A stretch of 49,228 nt of DNA from Candidatus Zixiibacteriota bacterium. GTDB lineage: Bacteria; Zixibacteria; MSB-5A5; GN15; FEB-12. Numbering within the stretch: the stretch's first letter is position 1; each line of letters begins with the position of its first letter. Shown in pieces: positions 1 through 9,010 of the stretch. The notes below the pieces were generated by a model. That model had not been told where the DNA came from, made no database searches, and was given only the letters and a program-made list of their open reading frames with translations. The DNA lies in contig JAOUEU010000001.1 of NCBI GenBank assembly GCA_029858555.1, positions 1-49,228 of the forward strand, written 5' to 3'. A program made the position numbers and the translations under genes.

Positions 1-1
1 C

Positions 2-733
2 TTCCGTGAAACTGAGAGGACGTTTTTCCAGTTGTCGGTGGGCTACTGTGAACGCGCACCTTATTTATACGAGTTGTATTTGCCTTTCGAACGTGCCGCC
101 GTCTACGATTCGGCGGACGGCGCATACGCCAACGTCGGCAACCCGCAGGCCGACAAGGAGCGGCAATTGGTGGGCAGTCTGACCATCGAGGTGGGGTCGG
201 CCGCGAACAACGTCGGCCTCAGCGTTACCGGTGGCAGGATTTATGACGGCATCGACTGGCAGAACCGGCCTCTGACCGACAGCGCGGGCCTTTACACTCT
301 CTTCACTCCGGCCAACGGCGATATCGAGTTTGTCAATGTTGCCGGCGGGCCGACGGTGAGTATTACCGATTTCCTCAGGTTTTCGGCGGGCGGGGCTTAC
401 CATCACTTAGATTACCGACAGTTCGAGAGAAAGCCGTATTTGCCGGATTATCAGCTCTTCTCGGGGCTGGAGTTGCATGTTTACTGGCGACAACGTTTGC
501 TGCATCTCTACGCGTACGGTGAAATCGTATATTCGGGCGGTTACGACGGTTATATCCAGACGGGTTTGGGGAATGACCCGGTGGCCAACGTCAAGATATC
601 GTTTCGGATCAAGAAGTTTCGCATGCACTATGTCATTCAGAACGCCCTGAACCGCGAGTATAGCACCCGCGATTACATAACTTTCCCGGGGCGCTACAAC
701 TATTACGGCATCACCTGGAATTTCGGCGACTGA
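2..733 (+). CDS. Outer-membrane beta-barrel protein, TonB-dependent-receptor-like, C-terminal fragment (5' end outside window)
   Basis: The reading frame is open from the window edge, with no stop before the listed TTG at 32. The C-terminal sequence ...VIQNALNREYSTRDYITFPGRYNYYGITWNFGD looks like the terminal strands of TonB-dependent receptors and other OM barrels. Confidence 0.55.
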   Translation, partial: FRETERTFFQLSVGYCERAPYLYELYLPFERAAVYDSADGAYANVGNPQADKERQLVGSLTIEVGSAANNVGLSVTGGRIYDGIDWQNRPLTDSAGLYTLFTPANGDIEFVNVAGGPTVSITDFLRFSAGGAYHHLDYRQFERKPYLPDYQLFSGLELHVYWRQRLLHLYAYGEIVYSGGYDGYIQTGLGNDPVANVKISFRIKKFRMHYVIQNALNREYSTRDYITFPGRYNYYGITWNFGD

Positions 734-842
734 AACGGTATCGTGCCCGCTTTCATGCAAAGACCCTTCTGTGATGCAGCCTCGGCAGACGAACCGGGAG
801 ACTCTACTTGACATCAGAGTGAGAACCGTCAATATTCGGGCT

Positions 843-1403
843 ATGCAAAAGCTTCCGTTATCCCGCGAAAAAGCTTACGAAATGGTCGTAGCAAGAATAG
901 GTGTGAACAACCTCCTGAAGCACATCCTGGCGGTGGAGGCCGGCATGCGCCAGGTTGCCGAACACCTGGGCGAAGATGTCGACTACTGGGGGCTGACAGG
1001 GTTGATTCATGATCTTGACTACAATGAGACCAAGGAAGACGAACCCCGGCACACTTATATTACCGAAGAGTGGCTGGCCGAATATGACTTGCCCGAGGAG
1101 ATGATTTACGCCATTCACGCCCACCCGGGGCACGTGCCTTGCCGATCCCGGCTGGATTGGGCCCTTTACGCAGTCGACCCGGCCACCGGGTTCCTGGTGG
1201 CCTGCGCCCTGATGCACCCGGACAAGAAACTTAGTGTCATCGATGGCGGCTTTATGCTGCGTCGATTCAAAGAAAAACGTTTCGCCGCCGGGGCCACCCG
1301 TGAGAATATAGCCGCCTGCTCCAATCTGGGGCTGGAGTTGGACAGGTTCCTGCTGCTTGTGCGCGACGGTATGATGACCATTTCGGATCAGCTCGGCCTG
1401 TAA
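843..1403 (+). CDS. HD/HDIG-domain metal-dependent phosphohydrolase
   Basis: Motifs LKHILAVEAGMR...GLIHDLDY...AIHAHPGH are the H...HD...H signature of the ~190-aa HDIG family. The ATG at 843 (MQKLPLSREKAYEMV) gives the typical family length, so the 771 start is probably an over-extension. Confidence 0.7.
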   Translation: MQKLPLSREKAYEMVVARIGVNNLLKHILAVEAGMRQVAEHLGEDVDYWGLTGLIHDLDYNETKEDEPRHTYITEEWLAEYDLPEEMIYAIHAHPGHVPCRSRLDWALYAVDPATGFLVACALMHPDKKLSVIDGGFMLRRFKEKRFAAGATRENIAACSNLGLELDRFLLLVRDGMMTISDQLGL

Positions 1404-1530
1404 CTACGGCCGGGTGTGCCTGCGCGCGATGTAGAATATGTCCGGGTGAAGCGATCTGCGCCGACATCCGGCGCCGGTGGAAACCCCAAGCCTGTAACGC
1501 GAGGCCCGGAAAGCCAGTTTGAACGTGTTG

Positions 1531-2904
1531 ATGCCTGACCCACCAAATATGTCACCCTCCGGCTTTCGCAATCGCGAGGGCCCGGACGGAAACAGCCTCT
1601 GGCGCAAAGACGTTTTCGGCTGGTCGCTCTACGATTTCGCCAACACCATCTATTCCATGAACATCGTGTCGTTATACCTTAAGCGGTACATCGTGGAGGA
1701 CCTTGGTCGCGACGACCGCTATTTTGATATTCCTTTCTCCATCTCGATGCTTTTCGCGGCCGTGTTGCTGCCGGTGTTGGGCACAATCTCGGACTACTCG
1801 ACCAAAAAGAAAATCTTCCTGTTGCTCTTTACGCTGACATGTTGTCTGGCGGTCGGTTTGATGGCCGTCATCCCGGCTTCGATGATCACGATTCTGCTGC
1901 TTCTGTTCGTGATTGCCAACTTCTCCTACGAAGCCGGTCAACCGTTTTATAATTCGCTGCTTTATTCGGTCGCCGACGGCAAACAGGCGCGTTTTGTATC
2001 GGGAGTAGGCGTCGCGCTGGGGTATGCCGGCTCTGTCCTCGGCATGCTGGTGGTGCTGCCTTTTGTAGCCGGCTCCTTTTTTGGCTGGGATATCCCCTTC
2101 CTGGTCGGTGGGGGCAAGACGAGTGCGTTCGTACCCACGGCGGTTTTGTTTATGGTTTTTGCTTTACCCCTTTTCCTGTGGGTGCGGGAAGCGCCCGTGA
2201 CCAGGCCCGGAAAGCCGGGCTTTGTCGAATCGTACCGTGAGGTCTGGAACGGGATACGCCAGACCAGGAAATACCCCGGGGTGCTGCGGTTTCTGGTGGC
2301 CGACTACTTTTTTGAAGATGCTGCCACCACCGTGATACTGAATATCGGGCTTTACTGCTCCATCGTGATCGGCTTTGGCGACGAAGATATTACTTTTTTT
2401 CTGGTCATATCCACGATCAGTGCTGTCATCGGATCGTTTCTGATAGGCAAAATAGCCCAGTACAGGTCACTCAAGGGTCTGTTGAACGTGATCGTGCTGG
2501 GTTGGATACTGGTGCTGTTATTTTTCGTTGTTTCCGATAACAGCGTCCTGGTCTGGCTGCTGGGATCGGTCGTTGGCGTCTTGCTCGGTGGCCTGTGGAC
2601 AACCACGCGGCCGCTGCTGGCGGAGATGGTCCCACGGTCGGATCTGGGGCGATTTTTCGGCCTGTTCGCGCTGTCTGGTCGGGCGGCGGCCGTCATCGGA
2701 CCGCTCATCTGGACTCTCACCGTCTATCTGTTCAACGCCGAGCGGGTCGCCGGTAAAGCCGTGATCGGACTGCTGGAGATACCGGAGGCGAATTGGCCCA
2801 AACTGCCCTACAAAATGGGCGTATTATCTCTTATTGTGATGATGGTAATGGGACTGTTCATCTTCAGAAAAGTACCTCACTCGAAAGGGTCTGCCCGTGG
2901 GTAG
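1531..2904 (+). CDS. MFS transporter, UMF1/Atg22-like family
   Basis: The N-terminal motif FGWSLYDFANTIYSMNIVSLYL is typical of UMF1 MFS proteins, and there are about 12 hydrophobic segments. The start is ambiguous (TTG 1519, ATG 1531, ATG 1549). Confidence 0.7.
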   Translation: MPDPPNMSPSGFRNREGPDGNSLWRKDVFGWSLYDFANTIYSMNIVSLYLKRYIVEDLGRDDRYFDIPFSISMLFAAVLLPVLGTISDYSTKKKIFLLLFTLTCCLAVGLMAVIPASMITILLLLFVIANFSYEAGQPFYNSLLYSVADGKQARFVSGVGVALGYAGSVLGMLVVLPFVAGSFFGWDIPFLVGGGKTSAFVPTAVLFMVFALPLFLWVREAPVTRPGKPGFVESYREVWNGIRQTRKYPGVLRFLVADYFFEDAATTVILNIGLYCSIVIGFGDEDITFFLVISTISAVIGSFLIGKIAQYRSLKGLLNVIVLGWILVLLFFVVSDNSVLVWLLGSVVGVLLGGLWTTTRPLLAEMVPRSDLGRFFGLFALSGRAAAVIGPLIWTLTVYLFNAERVAGKAVIGLLEIPEANWPKLPYKMGVLSLIVMMVMGLFIFRKVPHSKGSARG

Positions 2905-3946
2905 AAAAATCGGTGACTGGCACTACTACTCGGGCGCGATCCACGTTCACACCACCGAATCGGATGGCACCAAAGACTTTGAGGAGATCGTGGCCATTGG
3001 TCGGGATGCCGGGCTCGATTTCATCATGTTCACCGATCATATGACTTTGAGCAACCGTGAACAGGGGAGGGAGGGGCTCTACGGCAATCTGCTGGCCGTT
3101 GTCGGGTATGAGCACAACGCCCCCCAGGATAATCATCACTACCTGCTCTTCGACAGTCCGCGGGTCTACCCCGAAGACCTGGCGCCGCTGGAATATGTCG
3201 CCGCCGGGGCGGCCGACCGGGCCATCGGGATAATGGCTCACCCGGACGAAATTCGTGACCGGCTACCCGAATATCCGCCTTATCCCTGGAAGGACTGGAC
3301 TGTCTCCGGTTTCACCGGTCTTGAGATATGGAACCAGATGTCAGAGTGGATGGAGCGTCTTACGAAATATAATAAGTTGCTGATGGCTTTCTCCCCGCGC
3401 AAGTCGATGATAGCCCCGTCCGATCGCGTTCTGAAAAAATGGGACGAATTGAACGCCACCGCCAAAGTCGTCGGGGTGGCCTCGGTCGATGCCCATGCAT
3501 TCGTTCAAAAGGTGGGTTTTCTACGAGTCCAGATATTCCCGTACAAGGTTCACTTCCGATGCCTGCGCACTCATGTAATTCTGCCTGTACCCATGTCCGG
3601 AGACTTTGAAACCGCGAAAGGTCAGCTCTATGATGCTCTCAGAGACTGTCGCGTTTACGTTTCCAATATGCGTTGGGGGGATGCTGACGGTTTCGAGTTC
3701 CGGGGTGAGAGTAGCCGCGACGCGGTGGTGTGTGGCGGAGAACTGTCCAATGTAGACGACGCCCAATTATATGTGAGTCTCCCGGAGCGTGCGACTGTCA
3801 GGCTGGTGCACAACGGGCAAAAGATTCTCCAGACGGGCACTGACGGTCTCGAATACAGAGTGTCTCAACCGGGCGTTTACCGGGTGGAGGCATGGAAAGG
3901 CAGGCGCGGTTGGATCTTCTCGAACCATATCAGAGTGGGGGTGTGA
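2897..3946 (+). CDS. PHP-domain (CehA/McbA-like) metal-dependent phosphoesterase
   Basis: N-terminal GAIHVHTTESDGT, then FTDHM and MAHPDE, are PHP-type His/Asp metal-ligand motifs. The GTG start overlaps the MFS stop by 8 nt, which suggests translational coupling. Confidence 0.65.
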   Translation: MGRKIGDWHYYSGAIHVHTTESDGTKDFEEIVAIGRDAGLDFIMFTDHMTLSNREQGREGLYGNLLAVVGYEHNAPQDNHHYLLFDSPRVYPEDLAPLEYVAAGAADRAIGIMAHPDEIRDRLPEYPPYPWKDWTVSGFTGLEIWNQMSEWMERLTKYNKLLMAFSPRKSMIAPSDRVLKKWDELNATAKVVGVASVDAHAFVQKVGFLRVQIFPYKVHFRCLRTHVILPVPMSGDFETAKGQLYDALRDCRVYVSNMRWGDADGFEFRGESSRDAVVCGGELSNVDDAQLYVSLPERATVRLVHNGQKILQTGTDGLEYRVSQPGVYRVEAWKGRRGWIFSNHIRVGV

Positions 3947-3951
3947 ACGTC

Positions 3952-4365
3952 ATGGTTCGGCAGTCCGCAGCCAGAGTAATCAGCCTTATAGATGAGGAGT
4001 GTCTTGCCGGACCTTCGTCCACAATGCGCGAGCTGGTCGCTAAATTCATCGTCATATCCGGCTATGCGGAGTTCAACCTCGTTCTTGGTCTGGTGTCGGA
4101 CTACCCGTACCATGCCGACCTGGTCGCACAATTCTGTCACGGTAAGGATATTGCCGCCGGCTGGACTCGCAAACCGGACCTTTACGAAATCCTTGAAAAG
4201 CACTGGAAGGTTAGGGGTGGCGGGTGGGCTGACATTGATTTGGAGTCCAGACACTGGAAGTTTTTCGGCCATTCTTCAGCTTATGGCGCTTGCGACAGCG
4301 GTGATCTCAGCTTTGTGGTGACGGAGCACCCGTTTTTCGCAAGTTACTCAATCACGATCGCGTAA
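3952..4365 (+). CDS. Small protein with Janus/Ocnus (PHPT1, 14-kDa phosphohistidine phosphatase)-like motifs
   Basis: The ATG at 3952 lies 5 nt after the PHP gene stop. Motifs YPYHADLV, RGGGW and, 11 residues later, KFFGHSSAYGA line up with human PHPT1 as I remember it (EYHADIY, LGGGR, HVYGYSMAYGPA) with the same GGG-to-GxSxAYG spacing. This is an alignment from memory, not a search. Confidence 0.45.
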   Translation: MVRQSAARVISLIDEECLAGPSSTMRELVAKFIVISGYAEFNLVLGLVSDYPYHADLVAQFCHGKDIAAGWTRKPDLYEILEKHWKVRGGGWADIDLESRHWKFFGHSSAYGACDSGDLSFVVTEHPFFASYSITIA

Positions 4366-4516
4366 CATGGACCTTGTGATTAAAGTATCTAACGCCATCA
4401 TGGGCCGCATCCGGCCTCGCGTCGTATCTGTTTGATTCATTGCGAGTTAGGGGGGTCCTCGCATTCGACGATCCCGTCGGTAGATCAAAAAAATACACTA
4501 ATCAGCGCAAAATTTC

Positions 4517-4545
4517 TTGACTTTAGTGCGTATTATACCTAAAGT
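4517..4545 (+). promoter_or_regulatory. Candidate sigma70-type promoter of the nuo operon (TTGACT-17 nt-TAAAGT)
   Basis: TTGACT at 4517-4522 and TAAAGT at 4540-4545 with a 17-nt spacer, in an AT-rich stretch about 40 nt upstream of the nuoA ATG. A 7-bp inverted repeat overlaps it: ACTTTAG (4520-4526) and CTAAAGT (4539-4545). Confidence 0.35.
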
Positions 4546-4584
4546 TAGCCCACATTCACAACAAGTGTTAGGTGCTCGACGTAC

Positions 4585-4941
4585 ATGTTTGAAACTTTCT
4601 ATCCTATCCTCTTTCTGGTCTTTTTTGCGGTGTTTCTGGCTGTTTTACTGGTGCTGATGTCGGTGCTTATCGGGCGGCGGACCCGAATGGGGAAGAAGGG
4701 AATTCCCTATGAGTGTGGGCTGGAGCCGGTCGGGAACACCAGGGAGCCGGTCCCGGTAAAATTCTACATGGTGGCTATCCTTTTTATTCTCTTTGACATC
4801 GAAGTAATATTCCTTTACCCATGGGCCGTGATCTCCCGCAACCTGGGATGGTTTGGCTTTGTGGAGATGTTGGTTTTTATACTGATAATACTGGTCGGCT
4901 ATTTCTATATCCTTGGCAGGGGAGCGCTGAAATGGGATTAG
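4585..4941 (+). CDS. nuoA: NADH-quinone oxidoreductase subunit A
   Basis: 118 aa with three TM segments. Motifs YECGLEP and [12 protein letters not shown] are typical of NuoA/ND3. It is the first gene of the nuo series. Confidence 0.93.
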   Translation: MFETFYPILFLVFFAVFLAVLLVLMSVLIGRRTRMGKKGIPYECGLEPVGNTREPVPVKFYMVAILFILFDIEVIFLYPWAVISRNLGWFGFVEMLVFILIILVGYFYILGRGALKWD

Positions 4942-5435
4942 AGGAAAAAATCCCGGATTCAATCATTCTGACGACTCTTGATAAGATGGTTAACTGGTCC
5001 CGGAAGCGCTCTATGTGGCCGCTGGGCTTCGGACTGGCATGTTGCGCGATCGAAATGATGTCGACATTTGCCTCGCATTTTGACCTGGCCCGTTACGGCA
5101 TGGAGGTGATGCGGCCGTCGCCGCGTCAGGCCGACCTGATGATTGTCGCCGGTCGCGTCTCGGTGAAAATGGCGCCGGTGGTGAAAACGCTTTACGAGCA
5201 GATGCCGAACCCCAAGTGGGTGCTGGCCATGGGTGCCTGCGCGTCTTGCGGCGGTGTCTTTAACAATTATGCCATCGTTCAGGGTGTCGATCGAATTATC
5301 CCGGTAGATATCTATGTGCCCGGATGTCCACCTCGCCCGGAGCAGTTGATGGACGGGATATTAAAGCTGTTCGAGAAGGTCGAAAAAGAATCGCTCAAAG
5401 ACAAGCGCGAGGACTGGGGGCGAAAGGCGGGCTGA
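4932..5435 (+). CDS. nuoB: NADH-quinone oxidoreductase subunit B
   Basis: Motifs [18 protein letters not shown] and VPGCPPRPE are the N2 cluster ligands. The ATG at 4932 overlaps the nuoA stop, and the ORF-track start at 4821 is an upstream over-extension. Confidence 0.93.
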   Translation: MGLEEKIPDSIILTTLDKMVNWSRKRSMWPLGFGLACCAIEMMSTFASHFDLARYGMEVMRPSPRQADLMIVAGRVSVKMAPVVKTLYEQMPNPKWVLAMGACASCGGVFNNYAIVQGVDRIIPVDIYVPGCPPRPEQLMDGILKLFEKVEKESLKDKREDWGRKAG

Positions 5436-5489
5436 GGCCTTGGCTTTTACATGTGCGCGGAACCACGTGACATTTGACCTTGTGAAATT

Positions 5490-6023
5490 TTGAACAAGAT
5501 GACCGGCATGGAAGAAAAAGTCAGAAGCTTCATGAAAGCGAACTTCGCTGACGCCATTATCCGTGAAGACGATTTCCGCCAGCAGCAGTCCTTCTATGTC
5601 AAGGCCGAGGCTCTGGTCGACATATGTCGGGCTCTTTATGATGAACCCGAATTGGACGTCAGGTTACTCGCTGACATAACTTCGCTTGATTGGCACGGTC
5701 ATCCTGCGGCAGATGAGGGCCGCTTCGAAGTGGTCTACAATCTATATTCCCTGAACCATAAGTATCGCTTTTTCCTGAAAGTGCGACTGCCGGCCAACGC
5801 TCCCCGCATCGCTACTTTGACCGACCTGTGGAACGGCGCCAACTGGATGGAACGCGAAGTGTGGGATATGATGGGTATTGAATTCGTAGGTCATCCCGAT
5901 TTGACCAAAATACTCACTCCGGATGAGCTGGAGGGTCATCCTCTGCGCCGGGACTTTCCGCTTACGTGGGAGCAACCGCAATTCAGCTGGAACAAGGACA
6001 ATCCCCCCGAGGTGATGAAGTGA
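5490..6023 (+). CDS. nuoC: NADH-quinone oxidoreductase subunit C
   Basis: Motif NWMEREVWDMMGIEFVGHPDLTKIL...HPLRRDFPL is the 30-kDa subunit signature. The start could also be the ATG at 5499 or 5508. Confidence 0.9.
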   Translation: MNKMTGMEEKVRSFMKANFADAIIREDDFRQQQSFYVKAEALVDICRALYDEPELDVRLLADITSLDWHGHPAADEGRFEVVYNLYSLNHKYRFFLKVRLPANAPRIATLTDLWNGANWMEREVWDMMGIEFVGHPDLTKILTPDELEGHPLRRDFPLTWEQPQFSWNKDNPPEVMK

Positions 6024-7195
6024 TGACCGAGAGCAAGACCATCACGATCAATATGGGACCGCAGCATCCGGCCACCCACGGCGTCCTGAGGGTGGTGCTT
6101 GAGATTGAGGGTGAAACGGTTGTCAAGGCGCGTCCGGTAGTTGGCTACCTGCACACGGGGATTGAGAAAACCATGGAGTCCAAGCTGTATTACAAGGCTC
6201 TTCCGGCCACCGATCGCATGGACTACCTGGCCCCGATGTCGAACAACCTCGGGTATTGCCTGGCGGTGGAAAGCCTGATGGAAATCGAGGTTCCGGACAA
6301 AGTCAAGTGGGCCCGCTGTTGCCTGGCCGAACTGACACGCGTAAACTCCCACCTGGTCTGGCTCGGCACCCACGCTTTGGACCTGGGCGCGATGTCCATG
6401 CTGCTGTACACCTTTCGGGAGAGAGAGTTGGTTCTCGATATTTACGAAGCGTGCGGTGGCCAGCGCATGATGACCAGTTACATCCGCATCGGCGGCCTGG
6501 CCCATGACCTGCCGCCCGATTTTGACAAGAAGGTCCGTAATCTTACACGGATCGTGCGCGAGCGTATGCACGACTATGAAACCCTGCTCACGAACAACGA
6601 GATTTTCATAAACCGGACCAGGGGTGTGGCGGTCATCTCCGCCGAGGATGCCATAAATTATTCACTCACCGGCCCGATGTTACGGGGAAGCGGCGTCAAA
6701 CACGATTTGAGGAAAGCGAATCCTTACAGCGGGTACGAGAATTTTGATTTTGAAGTCGCTTTTGGTACTAATGGTGATGCCTATGACCGCTACCTTTTGC
6801 GGCTGGAAGAGATTCGCCAGTCGCTTAGAATATGCGACCAGGCCATCGACGGCATGCCCGATGGACCCTATCGCGCCCATGTACCTGGTGTGGTTCTACC
6901 GCCCAAGGAGGATGTCCTGTACAAGATGGAATCAATGATATTCCACTTCAAGATCATAACCGAAGGCTTCAAGGCTCCGTTTGGCGCGGTGTACCAGGCG
7001 ATTGAATCGCCCAAGGGGGAGTTGGGATTTTACATATCATCGGACGGCAGCAACAAACCCCACCGTGTCAGGGTGCGGCCGCCGGCCTTTGTCAACCTGG
7101 CGGCTCTGCCCAGGCTGGTGGAGGGACGGCTGCTTTCGGATGTGATCTGCGCTATCGGCTCGATCGACATCGTTTTAGGCGAGGTAGACAGATGA
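6023..7195 (+). CDS. nuoD: NADH-quinone oxidoreductase subunit D
   Basis: MTESKTITINMGPQHPATHGVLR is a typical NuoD N-terminus, and the C-terminus is IDIVLGEVDR. The ATG at 6023 overlaps the nuoC TGA by 1 nt. Confidence 0.93.
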   Translation: MTESKTITINMGPQHPATHGVLRVVLEIEGETVVKARPVVGYLHTGIEKTMESKLYYKALPATDRMDYLAPMSNNLGYCLAVESLMEIEVPDKVKWARCCLAELTRVNSHLVWLGTHALDLGAMSMLLYTFRERELVLDIYEACGGQRMMTSYIRIGGLAHDLPPDFDKKVRNLTRIVRERMHDYETLLTNNEIFINRTRGVAVISAEDAINYSLTGPMLRGSGVKHDLRKANPYSGYENFDFEVAFGTNGDAYDRYLLRLEEIRQSLRICDQAIDGMPDGPYRAHVPGVVLPPKEDVLYKMESMIFHFKIITEGFKAPFGAVYQAIESPKGELGFYISSDGSNKPHRVRVRPPAFVNLAALPRLVEGRLLSDVICAIGSIDIVLGEVDR

Positions 7196-7668
7196 TTCTG
7201 AATGAAGAATCGATCAGGCGAATCAAGGAGAAGGCCGCCAAATACCCCCGGCGAAAATCGGCCATCCTCCCGGCTATTACTGTCGCCTATCGTCAGGTGG
7301 GTCACCTCAATGATGATATATACCGTGAGATTTCTCGGATAATCAATATACCCTACGTGGAGATTGCCGAAGCCGCTACTTTTTACACTCTCTTTCCCAA
7401 GAAACCAGTGGGCAAATACCTGATTCAGGTCTGTCACAATATCTCCTGCGCCCTCATGGGGGCCGATTCGCTGGTGACGTATCTCGAGGAGAAGTTGAGT
7501 GTCAGGAAGGGTGAGACCACCGACGATGGTCTGTTCACCCTGATTTCGGTGGAGTGTTTAGGTTCATGTTCAACGGCGCCAATGATGCAGATCAACCAGG
7601 ATTATTACGAGAACCTCACTCGGGAAAGAGTGGATCAGATAATTGATGACTTGAAGGCAAAAGCGTGA
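7192..7668 (+). CDS. nuoE: NADH-quinone oxidoreductase subunit E (2Fe-2S)
   Basis: Cys pattern CHNISCAL...ECLGSCSTAPMMQIN gives the N1a ligands. There is a 4-nt overlap with nuoD. Confidence 0.92.
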   Translation: MILNEESIRRIKEKAAKYPRRKSAILPAITVAYRQVGHLNDDIYREISRIINIPYVEIAEAATFYTLFPKKPVGKYLIQVCHNISCALMGADSLVTYLEEKLSVRKGETTDDGLFTLISVECLGSCSTAPMMQINQDYYENLTRERVDQIIDDLKAKA

Positions 7669-9002
7669 AATTCTACTCGCCGGTCATAACCAACGCCTCT
7701 GAGGCGGCGGCAAACCAGAAGCTGCACCTGTTCCGGTATGTCGAGGATCCGGACCAGTACAGGGTGGATACGTATGAGGCGCATGGTGGCTATCGGGCAT
7801 GGAAAAAGACCCTGACGGCCATGAAGCCCGACGAGGTCATAGAGGAGGTAAAGAAATCGGGACTGCGCGGACGGGGTGGAGCCGGTTTTCCGACAGGCAT
7901 GAAGTGGGGCTTTGTCCCCAAGAGCTCACCGAAACCGCGCTATCTCTGCTGTAATGCCGATGAGTCCGAACCGGGCACGTGCAAGGACCGGGTGCTGATG
8001 GAACGGGATCCGCACGGCGTTATCGAAGGCATGGCTATCGCGGCGTATGCCATTGGCTGTCACATCATGTTCTGTTACATTCGCGGCGAGTTTAACCACT
8101 GCATTGAACGCATGGAAGCGGCTGTGCAGGAGGCATATAAGCGGGGCCACCTCGGCAGAAATATTCATGGCAGTGGCTACGATCTCGATATGGTGGTTCA
8201 TTCCGGCGGCGGCGCCTACATCTGCGGCGAGGAAACAGCGCTGCTGAACTCGCTGGAAGGTGAGAGAGGCATGTCACGTATCCGACCGCCGTTTCCGGCC
8301 GTCGAGGGTCTTTATGCCTGCCCGACGATCGTCAACAACGTCGAATCACTGGCGGCCGTTCCCCATATTATAGCCAACGGCGCGGATTGGTACCGGTCCC
8401 TGGGCACCGAGAAGTCGGCCGGCACAAAGCTTTTCTCTCTAAGCGGCCATGTCAATCGCCCCGGCAACTATGAGGTGGAGCTCGGCTTCTCATTGAAAAA
8501 GCTGATCTACGACCCCGCCTACGGCAACGGCATCCTGGGAGGCAAAAGGCTCAAGGGGGTTATCCCCGGTGGAGCATCGACACCGTTCTTGACGGAAGAC
8601 ATGATCGACGTTGCCCTTGATTACGAGGCGCTGACCGGCGCCGGTTCCATGCTCGGTTCCGGGGCGGTCATCGTCTTTCACGAGGAGACCTGCGTCGTTT
8701 GGGTGATATTGAAACTGATTCACTTCTTCAGACACGAATCTTGTGGCAAATGTACGCCGTGTCGGGAAGGAACCGGTTGGCTGGAGCAAATTATCGAGAG
8801 GATCGAAGCCGGTCAGGGTCAGCCGGGCGACATTGAGAAGATTGAAGATGTCTGCGGCAATATCCTGGGTCGGACTATCTGTCCGCTCGGCGACGCGGCC
8901 GTGATGCCGATTCAGTCAGCGGTTAAACACTGGCGTGAGGAGTGGCAGTATCACATTGAGCACAAGAAATGTCTGGTGAAGACGGAGTTCCCGTTTGGTT
9001 AG
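7665..9002 (+). CDS. nuoF: NADH-quinone oxidoreductase subunit F (FMN/NADH-binding)
   Basis: Motifs GLRGRGGAGFPTGMKW, CNADESEPGTCKDR and ESCGKCTPCREG (N3 cluster). There is a 4-nt overlap with nuoE. Confidence 0.94.
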   Translation: MKFYSPVITNASEAAANQKLHLFRYVEDPDQYRVDTYEAHGGYRAWKKTLTAMKPDEVIEEVKKSGLRGRGGAGFPTGMKWGFVPKSSPKPRYLCCNADESEPGTCKDRVLMERDPHGVIEGMAIAAYAIGCHIMFCYIRGEFNHCIERMEAAVQEAYKRGHLGRNIHGSGYDLDMVVHSGGGAYICGEETALLNSLEGERGMSRIRPPFPAVEGLYACPTIVNNVESLAAVPHIIANGADWYRSLGTEKSAGTKLFSLSGHVNRPGNYEVELGFSLKKLIYDPAYGNGILGGKRLKGVIPGGASTPFLTEDMIDVALDYEALTGAGSMLGSGAVIVFHEETCVVWVILKLIHFFRHESCGKCTPCREGTGWLEQIIERIEAGQGQPGDIEKIEDVCGNILGRTICPLGDAAVMPIQSAVKHWREEWQYHIEHKKCLVKTEFPFG

Positions 9003-9010
9003 GATTCTGG

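Noticed and set aside
1429-1437. ATGTAGAAT upstream of the MFS gene as a promoter -10; a similar GTGTAGAAT occurs at 34664-34672
   Set aside because: At 1432 there is no plausible -35 (GCCGGG at the 17-nt position), and the TG is adjacent rather than spaced as in an extended -10. I kept only the 34644-34672 copy as a low-confidence promoter, because it has TTGCTT at the right distance.
4441-4479. Two short hairpins (TGCGAG...CTCGCA and CGACG-ATCC-CGTCG) upstream of the nuo promoter, considered as a terminator or riboswitch
   Set aside because: No U-tract follows on the plus strand; an A-run follows instead. The stems are short, and I recognise no riboswitch consensus.
4821-4931. Upstream extensions of nuoB (4821), nuoD (5966), nuoG (8969), the S8 peptidase (39424) and the glutaredoxin-like ORF (17534)
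   Set aside because: Each extension overlaps the 3' end of the preceding gene. Internal ATGs reproduce the conserved family N-termini (MGLEEK..., MTESKTITINMGPQHP..., MAEDNK..., MYRTLPCC... signal peptide, MADVTIYTKEGCPYC).
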